A stretch of 23,651 nt of DNA, from NCBI GenBank assembly GCA_963662265.2, contig CAXXHA010000022.1, forward strand, positions 1-23,651, given 5' to 3'. Source of the stretch: Spirochaetia bacterium (GTDB taxonomy: Bacteria > Spirochaetota > Spirochaetia > CADAEX01). Positions 16,616 to 23,651 of the stretch are shown in pieces; position 1 is the first letter of the stretch, and each line of letters opens with the position of its first letter. The notes beneath the pieces were generated by a model. That model did not search any database, was not told where the DNA came from, and worked only from the letters and a program-made list of their open reading frames with translations. Made by a program: the position numbers and the translations under genes.

Positions 16616-17905
16616 ATGTTTATATCGTTGTTAGTTGTTTTTGCCACAGCACTTGTTCTTGGAGTACCAATAGGTTTTACTATCGGAATTACCGGCCTTG
16701 TAGGGCTTTATATGATGGGCATGGATGTTTCACTCTTTACCATGGCGCCGATACAGTTCTTTTCAGGACTTGATATGTTCACTCTCATGGCAATGCCTTT
16801 CTTTATACTTGCCGGTGAAATTATGAACAAAACAGGGATAACATCCCGCCTTGTCAGGTTTTCAAATATTCTTGTCGGACACTGGAGAGGGGGGCTTGCC
16901 CATGCAAATATCATGGCAAGTATTTTCTTTGCAGGGATGACAGGAGCAGCTGTATCTGATACTGCAGCAATAGGAACCATGCTGATACCCGCAATGGAGG
17001 AAGACGGGTATGACCTTGATTTCTCGGCTTCAGTAACAGCAGCTTCATCCATTATAGGGCCTACAATTCCGCCGTCAAACATGATGGTAATCTACGGTTC
17101 ACTTATGAATGTTTCAATTGCAGGACTGTTTGCTGCAGGATTTCTCCCGGGACTTGTTCTCGGAGGTTTACTTATGATCTTATCTGCAATCATATCTTTC
17201 AAGAGAGGATATCCGAAAAGTACAAAAACTACACTTAAAGAAAAACTTATTGGATTCAAGGATGCAATTATTCCCCTCCTGATGCCGATAATTATTCTCG
17301 GAGGAATACTTTCAGGGATTTTCACCCCGACAGAAGCAGCTGCAGTTGCAGTTTTCTATGCCTTTATTATAGGATTTTTTGTCCTCAAAACACTTAAATG
17401 GTCTGACCTCCCTGATATGTTTATCAATACTGCAAAAATCACCGGAATAGTCTTTCTAATAATAGGAACTGCATCAATAGTCAGCTGGATACTTGCAATA
17501 AACCAGGTACCGCAGGCAATAGCTGAATTCCTTCTTTCAAGTACAGGAGATCCCAGAATTGTCCTGCTGCTGATAATAATTCTGATGCTGATCGTAGGGA
17601 TGTTCATGGATATTGCAGCAGCCCTCATTATACTGGGCCCTATCCTTCACCCTATAGCAGTCTCAATGGGAATGAGTCCTATCCATTTCGGAATAATCAT
17701 GGTTCTTTCTTTAAATATCGCCCTGATGACTCCTCCGGTAGGTGCATGTCTATTCGTAGTCTGCAGTATCACAAAACTGAAACTCGGAGAAATAAGCAGA
17801 GCTATAGTACCGTTTATTATTGTCGAGATTATAGCCCTTTTCATTGTTGCATATGTTCCTGAGATTTCAACGTTTCTGCCGAATCTGCTGGGATTTTTCA
17901 GTTAG
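16616..17905 (+). CDS. dctM: TRAP transporter large permease
   Basis: AMPFFILAG, GAAVSD, IPPS, FTPTEAA, TPPVG; 429 aa. Confidence 0.95.
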   Translation: MFISLLVVFATALVLGVPIGFTIGITGLVGLYMMGMDVSLFTMAPIQFFSGLDMFTLMAMPFFILAGEIMNKTGITSRLVRFSNILVGHWRGGLAHANIMASIFFAGMTGAAVSDTAAIGTMLIPAMEEDGYDLDFSASVTAASSIIGPTIPPSNMMVIYGSLMNVSIAGLFAAGFLPGLVLGGLLMILSAIISFKRGYPKSTKTTLKEKLIGFKDAIIPLLMPIIILGGILSGIFTPTEAAAVAVFYAFIIGFFVLKTLKWSDLPDMFINTAKITGIVFLIIGTASIVSWILAINQVPQAIAEFLLSSTGDPRIVLLLIIILMLIVGMFMDIAAALIILGPILHPIAVSMGMSPIHFGIIMVLSLNIALMTPPVGACLFVVCSITKLKLGEISRAIVPFIIVEIIALFIVAYVPEISTFLPNLLGFFS

Positions 17906-17983
17906 CAGAAGGAGGATTTTTTACTGCTGATGCAGGAGCAGTTCCTGAAAACTCTTCACATTGTTTTTATCTTAAAAAAAGCG

Positions 17984-18015
17984 ACTGCCCCCGTAAAAAA
18001 TCTGACGGGGGCAGT
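17984..18015. terminator. 11-bp GC-rich stem-loop; U-tract on the minus strand, may also end the TRAP operon
   Basis: ACTGCCCCCGT-N10-ACGGGGGCAGT preceded by A7 (17974-17980). Confidence 0.7.
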
Positions 18016-18288
18016 TAATATTCAACAGATTCAGAATATTGCCAGAAAGACAGTAAAGGCCGTTTATAGTATTCTGCACCTGCCCATAAAACAGTAAAGG
18101 TAGTTTGCCGGATTCTGAACCACCAGTTAACACTCAAAAAAAATATTATTTTGTCTGTTGCCTCCACTTCAGCACAGAGATCCACCCTTTTCTGAAACCT
18201 CATTTAAAAATATTACTGTTGAATTACCTGCATCCGGCGCTATAATAATATGTATGCAATTATATTTATTTGATCAAAGGAGATCTGA

Positions 18289-18489
18289 ATGTTTAAATTC
18301 ATCATTGGAATAATTCTCGGAATAATAATTGTGATTTTTTTCATCCAGAATGCGGAAACTGTAACTTTTGTCTTTCTTGCCTGGAAGATTACAGTATCAA
18401 GAGCCCTTATGATGCTGATACTGCTGTTAACAGGCGTCATCATAGGCAGACTTTCCACAGGATTCGGCCGTTTTAAAAGGAAAAAATAG
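18289..18489 (+). CDS. LapA/DUF1049-family small membrane protein
   Basis: IFFIQNAETVTFVFLAW motif, two hydrophobic helices, basic tail; SD AAGGAG; promoter-like TTGAAT-16-TATAAT at 18219-18246. Confidence 0.8.
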   Translation: MFKFIIGIILGIIIVIFFIQNAETVTFVFLAWKITVSRALMMLILLLTGVIIGRLSTGFGRFKRKK

Positions 18490-18630
18490 AAACACTTCCT
18501 GATGCTGCAGGCCAACCGGTTATTTAAAAAAAAGCAATAAAGCACACCATAATCAGGTAAACCACCCCTGCAAAGAGGAGGGATATTGACCTGAGGGTTA
18601 TGGATTGACGGCAGCTTTTTAAAGAATAAT

Positions 18631-19905
18631 TCATCTCTCCCCGTAGATGCTGTTCAGTATTACTTTAAGTCTTTCCCTCAGAAGGCTCATTGAGAAATAT
18701 TTTTTCCCGAGCTCATAGTTGCGTTCAACCATTTCTGTTCTCAGTTTTCTGTTTAAAAGCACTTCCCTTACCTGTGAAACCTTTTCCTGCGTCAGGTAGC
18801 CGTCTATTGCAACCACATCAAAACCTTTCGGTTCAATATCCACTATATATACAGAATAACGGTTTACAAGGAGAGGTTTCCTGAAATATACAGCTTCAAG
18901 AAAAGCATTGCCGAATCCCTCGTACAGGCTGGGATATGTTACAAGATCCACATGGGGATAAACATCCCACAGGCAGTAAAGCTTGTTGCCTTTTTCATCA
19001 TATTTTCTCTTATCATGCAGATGGTTGTAGATGAAATAAACAGGTATATTCTGCTGCCTGGCTGATTCATTTATCCAGTTGAAATAATCAAGCCCCTCAT
19101 CGCCGGCTGAATGGGATATTATAAGCTTGGCTTTGGGCATATCAAGGCTTTTAATTAGATAGAGGGCCTGTTCAATCCCTTTCCGGGAGACAACCCTTGT
19201 AGGCTGGAGAATGAGTATATCATCATCAGCAAAACCGAGTTTTTTCCTGAAGTCGCTGTTGAAATCATCAAGGACTTTTATCTTCCTGCTGAAGTCAATG
19301 ACATTATAGATTACTGTAGAAGATATACCCCTCTTTGCCGCAAGATCTTTCTGTATCATTGAGTTTATAACAACATGTTTTATTGAGGGAAGATCCGGGG
19401 GAAACGAAGATGATATATAGTCCCCTACAGAGTTTATAAGAAAGCGTGGACGTTCCCAGTAAAAATCATGGTGGTGCGCAATAACAGGGATCTGTGTTTC
19501 TATTATTACTTCTGTCAGGGCTGCGCCCAGCGGTATTTGCATCGGAATAGCAAGGCAGTTTTCAGGGATAAGAATATCCAGACTGAATTTCTCAATAAAC
19601 TTATACAGCCTGTCTTTAAGAAATTCCTTCTGAACATTAATAAGGTCTGTAGTAGCCCTTGATCTCTTTTCAGTGCCGAAAACAGCTTTATTGAGTTCAA
19701 GGTTTTCAGGAGTATTGAAGTATGCTTCTTTGACAAGCAGACTTCTTTCAGGGTCCCTGTCAAGTTCCCCTGCAAACCAGTAGATATTATGGCAGAACTC
19801 CCTGAGTATCTGTTCCCATTTTTCAGTTTCTAGAGATACCCCGTCTGTCCCTGATATACGTGTTGAAATAAATCCTATATTGAGCTTTTTATGGTTTTTA
19901 CTCAT
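18631..19905 (-). CDS. GT4-family glycosyltransferase, mannosylglucosylglycerate synthase (MggS)-like
   Basis: GTDGVSLETEKW, AHHHDFYWER, QPTRVVSRKGIE, YPSLYEGFGNAFLEA (E-X7-E). The GT4 call is firm; the MggS subtype is from recollection. Confidence 0.8.
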   Translation of the reverse strand: MSKNHKKLNIGFISTRISGTDGVSLETEKWEQILREFCHNIYWFAGELDRDPERSLLVKEAYFNTPENLELNKAVFGTEKRSRATTDLINVQKEFLKDRLYKFIEKFSLDILIPENCLAIPMQIPLGAALTEVIIETQIPVIAHHHDFYWERPRFLINSVGDYISSSFPPDLPSIKHVVINSMIQKDLAAKRGISSTVIYNVIDFSRKIKVLDDFNSDFRKKLGFADDDILILQPTRVVSRKGIEQALYLIKSLDMPKAKLIISHSAGDEGLDYFNWINESARQQNIPVYFIYNHLHDKRKYDEKGNKLYCLWDVYPHVDLVTYPSLYEGFGNAFLEAVYFRKPLLVNRYSVYIVDIEPKGFDVVAIDGYLTQEKVSQVREVLLNRKLRTEMVERNYELGKKYFSMSLLRERLKVILNSIYGER

Positions 19906-19969
19906 ATGTTTTTTTCTCCATACTATTAAAGTTTAACCTTTTTTGGAGGATTAACCAGATTCTGATTTA

Positions 19970-21029
19970 CTACAGACCTTTCCAGCCGAAACCCGGACTG
20001 CTGTTAGGATAGAGGTACCCTTTTTTCAGCGAGATTATTCCCTTTGCAGGATCATTTTCAAGACCGAGATGCCCGTCAAGGTCTGCAAAGCGGATATTTT
20101 TACGGCTCAGTGCAAAGTGAAGCCCAGCAGCAATACCAAGCTCGGATTCATCCATACAGCCGATCATGACTTCCACCCCGGCAGACCTTGCAACAGCATC
20201 CACCTGTATAGCCTCTGTAAGGCCTCCTACTTTCATAAGTTTTATATTCAACAGGTCGACAAGCCCCTTTTTAACAAGATGAAATGCATCCATCAGAGAA
20301 ATCAGGCTTTCGTCTGCAATAACAGGAGTCTGTGATTTTCTGGTAATTACACCAAGCTGCTCAGGTCTTGATTTCGGGGTCGGCTGCTCGAACAACTCTA
20401 TATTGAGGTTTTTAAGGTTTTCAAGAAAATAAAGAGCTTCCTCAATTGTATACCCCTGGTTGGCATCAAAGCGTATCTGAAGATTTGAAGGAAGATCCTT
20501 CCGGATTGCTTTTATCCTTTCAATATCCTCCCCTGCATTTCTTCCACCTTTAACCTTTATTACAGTTATCCCGGAATTATAAAGCTCCTTAGCCTGGTCC
20601 AGGGTTTCATCAATATCGCAGATTCCTATTGTAACGCTAGTCTTAATCTTCTCCCTGTATCCTCCAAGCAGCTTCCACAGGGGGAGATCAGCCTTTTTTC
20701 CTATAAGATCCCATAACGCCATATCCACAGCGGCCCAGAGGCTGAAAAAGCCGGGAGCTTCTTTTTTTATCTGTTTCATTATGAGGGCTTTTCTGAAAGG
20801 GTCTTTTTTGACAATAGAAGGAAGTATCTCTTTTCCCTTTTCAAGAAGAATATCCGGATGCTCGCCGGTTACATGCGGATCAGGGGCTGCACAGCCTCCA
20901 TCCGTTTAAATTAGCTGTTCCAATACGCACAAGGAGGTTTTCAGCATGGTCAAAACTGCTGTATGCGACAGAATAGGGATTTTTCATCTTCATTGTAAGG
21001 GGAATAACCTCAACTGAATCAATTCTCAT
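19970..21029 (-). pseudogene. Enolase-superfamily dipeptide epimerase / N-acyl-amino-acid racemase (AE epimerase, DgcA-like), frameshifted at about 20897
   Basis: ATG at 21029 gives MRIDSVEVIPLTMKMKNPYSVAY...LNGW, then one extra base. Removing it restores GWGCAAPDPHVTGE in frame with the 269-aa track ORF (KVKGG, RFDANQG, FEQP, ADES, NIKLMKVGG, GCMDES, DLDG), about 352 aa in total. This could be a sequencing error. Confidence 0.82.
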
Positions 21030-22092
21030 TTTTCAGTTCCTTGATAAGGGGAATCAGAGAATCAGCGCCATGAATCAGAGGATCAACTGCAGGTCTTCCG
21101 CATGACTTCTCAACCTCACGGCAGACCCTGTCTATTTCATTTGACGGAATTCCCTCATGGTTGACAGTAACAGCAATAACCGGCTTACGGGAAAGAAATT
21201 CAGCAAGATGAATCTGGTCGTTCAGTGAATCCAGCGGATATCCCTTAAATCCGTCATACTCCTTTCTGAAAGGAGCATGCTGCATTATTATTCCATGCGG
21301 ACGGCCTGCTGCAAGTATTTCAAAACCTCCGGGATAACCTGGATTCATCAAGCTTCCCTGCCCCTCAATAACTGCGTATTCCATTTCAGTTTCATTCCAT
21401 GCTGTCCATATTGCATGTTCCAGTTCCCCGCTGATATAGTCATTAATAAGAGAATCAAGAATAATCCCGTACCTTGCTCCCTGAAGCCACGCAGTCTGCC
21501 CTGTTCCTATAAGTTCAGCTCTGCTGCCGGAAGCTCTTAATGCATGTGTGATAATCCAGGCTGTCGTCCTTTTCCCTATTGCTGAATCTGTACCAAGAAT
21601 TGCTAATCTGCAGGACCCAACTTCCCTGATCTTTCCTGTAAATCCATGCTTTTTTCCCGGCTTGTCTTTTCTTATATCATTGACAGTCACCCCCATTTTC
21701 ACTGCAGTTTTCTCAGCACCGGGAAGATCTGAAATATACTCATGAAGCCCGGAATCAACATTCAATCCAGCCTTCAAAGCCTGCATAGCAGCATCTTTTA
21801 TTTCCTCTGTCAGAAATCCTCCATCTGTGGCAATTCCGACAATGAAATGTGTAATTTTCCGGTTTTCATCTTCAGCTCTTTCCAGGGCCTCCTGAAGGTC
21901 CCTGACTAACAGGATACCTGAGTTTTTCCCGTCCAGGACCATGCCTGCATCTTTTCCGGTAAGATGACTGTCAATTATATAAGCTATGCTGTATCTTTCA
22001 GTAAACCTCACAAGTCCATGGGCAGTCTTTCCGTATGTAGTGTCAAAAGCACCTTCACAGTAGACTACAGCTGTATTTTTATCCAATTTCAT
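21019..22092 (-). CDS. DUF1611-family P-loop protein (DgcN-like putative N-acetyltransferase)
   Basis: GKTAHGLVR, SGLHE, GTDSAIGKRTTA, GTGQT, IEGQGSL; overlaps both neighbouring genes. Confidence 0.87.
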   Translation of the reverse strand: MKLDKNTAVVYCEGAFDTTYGKTAHGLVRFTERYSIAYIIDSHLTGKDAGMVLDGKNSGILLVRDLQEALERAEDENRKITHFIVGIATDGGFLTEEIKDAAMQALKAGLNVDSGLHEYISDLPGAEKTAVKMGVTVNDIRKDKPGKKHGFTGKIREVGSCRLAILGTDSAIGKRTTAWIITHALRASGSRAELIGTGQTAWLQGARYGIILDSLINDYISGELEHAIWTAWNETEMEYAVIEGQGSLMNPGYPGGFEILAAGRPHGIIMQHAPFRKEYDGFKGYPLDSLNDQIHLAEFLSRKPVIAVTVNHEGIPSNEIDRVCREVEKSCGRPAVDPLIHGADSLIPLIKELKNEN

Positions 22093-23175
22093 CTCCTTCC
22101 CGTTAAAACCACAACATATCTGTCTCCCGGCAACGGGTCTTTTTTATGATACTGTTCCAGTGGCATTCAGCCCTGCTGTCGATGCAGGAAGAACAGACAG
22201 TCCTTCATTCTTCTTGAGAAATTTTGAGTAATAAAGCATTTTCGTATCGCTGCAGTCACGGGCCCAGCCATTGGAGTTGTAAATTGCCTCAAGAGCCATA
22301 TCCCCGTCAATTGAGTGCCAGTTTATCAGGGGTTCGTTTACCATTGACTCCCTGATCTCACGGGGATCCAGATCCTCGCAGGATTTCAGGCCCCTTTTAA
22401 ATGATGCTACGACAGGGTTTTTATTGCTGCTTGATCCCCCTATTATTCGGGGGATTTTAGAGGTTTTACCCCTCCGGTACAGCTGCTGGAATCCCCTGTA
22501 GATACCTGTAATTGTTGTTCCGTTTGAGACAGGTACAGCAACAGCAGCAGGCGCATCCCGCAGCTCATCATATATTTCAAAAGCAATCTGGCTGTAGGCT
22601 TTCAGCTGAAGATTTGTGTTTGATCCCCCTGGATTTGCATCATAAAAATCCATTTCCAATGCATACCTGCCTGAAAGCTCAATTGACTGCTCATAGTCTT
22701 TTCCTTTTCTGTATATTACAGCATTGAAACTCAGCATTTCCTTTTCACGGGGTGAATGGTAGTTTTCAGGAATAAATATGCAGCATTTTATTCCTGCAAG
22801 GCTTGATGCAAAGGAGAGGGCAACACCATAGTTTCCGCAGGTTGCAAAACATATGGTGTCATATCCCCTTCTCAGGGCATCCTCCACCTGGGCAAATGCA
22901 ATCCGGTCTTTCTGTGTTCCTGAAGGATTTCCACCCTCGAATTTAAGATAAATCTGCCTGATTCCTGTTTCCCTTTCCAGATTCCTGGCCCGGGTAAAAA
23001 GCGTATCTCCGACTTCCGATGCTATTATATCCTCAAAAGATTCAAGCCGGGTAACAATATCAAGTGATGTATCTGATGCACATTTTCGAAGATCAACAAT
23101 TTCACTGGAAACCGCATATAGGTCTCCTTTGGCATTGTCTCTCATCTCAACAGGCTTATTAATATTTTCTTCCAT
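22089..23175 (-). pseudogene. Threonine-synthase-like PLP enzyme with a frameshift near its 3' end (about 22161)
   Basis: EVGDT, FEGGNPSGTQKDR, ATCGNYG, VPVSNGTT, LPASTAG. After AGLNA the shifted frame gives LEQYHKKDPLPGDRYVVVLTGRR*, whose TGA overlaps the DUF1611 ATG (ATGA). The start is uncertain (TTG 23211 or ATG 23175). Confidence 0.78.
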
Positions 23176-23413
23176 AAATTCTGTTATATTCCCGGTTTTA
23201 CCGGTTGTCAATATTAATTCAGAAGTTATTTTATCTTTTTTTAACGAAGATATTGCCCTGTTGAAATCATTGATTTACTGATAAAAAAGACTTCACTTGA
23301 TTCTGCTCAAACAAATACCAGAAGTCATCAGTATTCATATAAATCCTTTTATTATAAGTATTTATTTCAGATCACAAATTCACAGTAAAAGTCTTCAAAA
23401 TAATGACAGGATA

Positions 23414-23651
23414 TTATTCGCCTTTGCTGATTTCAACAGGGAAGGGTTTAGTAGCTTCTCCTGCATAGAGTGAAACATGGGGGAACGGGATCTCTATTTT
23501 TTCCTCTTCAAAACAGTTCTTTATCTCAATCATGATAGAATTCTTAAGCTCAACGTAATCTGTTTTTGAGATCCATATACCGAAAAGAATATCAAGCCCG
23601 GATTCACCGAAAGCCTTGAAAAGAAAAAGGGGTTCCGGATTATCAAGTGAA
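23414..23651 (-). CDS. MscS-family mechanosensitive channel, C-terminal 78 aa (5' part outside the window)
   Basis: Translated by hand: SLDNPEPLFLFKAFGESGLDILFGIW...FEEEKIEIPFPHVSLY...KGE*. The FG-ES and IEIPFP motifs are typical of the MscS C-terminal domain. Confidence 0.85.
   Translation of the reverse strand, partial: SLDNPEPLFLFKAFGESGLDILFGIWISKTDYVELKNSIMIEIKNCFEEEKIEIPFPHVSLYAGEATKPFPVEISKGE

Noticed and set aside
20890-22170. Programmed ribosomal frameshifting or phase variation at the two lesions
   Set aside because: No X XXY YYZ heptamer, long homopolymer or tandem repeat at either site.
1835-22727. Numerous 60-155 aa ORFs overlapping the major genes (for example 1835-2287, 5819-6166, 8993-9457, 13611-14078, 16708-17082, 18240-18545)
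   Set aside because: Antisense or alternate-frame shadows with no motifs or RBS, lying over confidently assigned genes.

Overview
AT-rich (roughly 40% GC by eye) chromosomal window from an anaerobic bacterium. No rRNA, tRNA, CRISPR array, prophage or intact transposase was seen. The left two-thirds is an anaerobic purine/uric-acid catabolic island: NCS2 xanthine permease, fused selenium-dependent xanthine dehydrogenase-type Mo enzyme, carbamate kinase, YgeW carbamoyltransferase, YheO-type regulator and YgeY hydrolase. Canonical DpaL/YgeX is not seen; two atypical fold-type II PLP enzymes sit in front of ygeY instead. A MocR regulator/aminotransferase pair and a divergent TRAP transporter are embedded in the island. 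The right third is a co-oriented cluster: MscS (partial), a ThrC-like PLP enzyme, a DUF1611/DgcN-like protein, an Ala-Glu epimerase/DgcA-like enzyme and an MggS-like GT4 glycosyltransferase. Two genes in this cluster each carry a net +1 frameshift that the ORF track hides. A ~140-bp IS200/IS605-like non-autonomous element sits inside a perfect 15-bp inverted repeat between xdh and the permease. All family calls come from motif recognition, not database searches.
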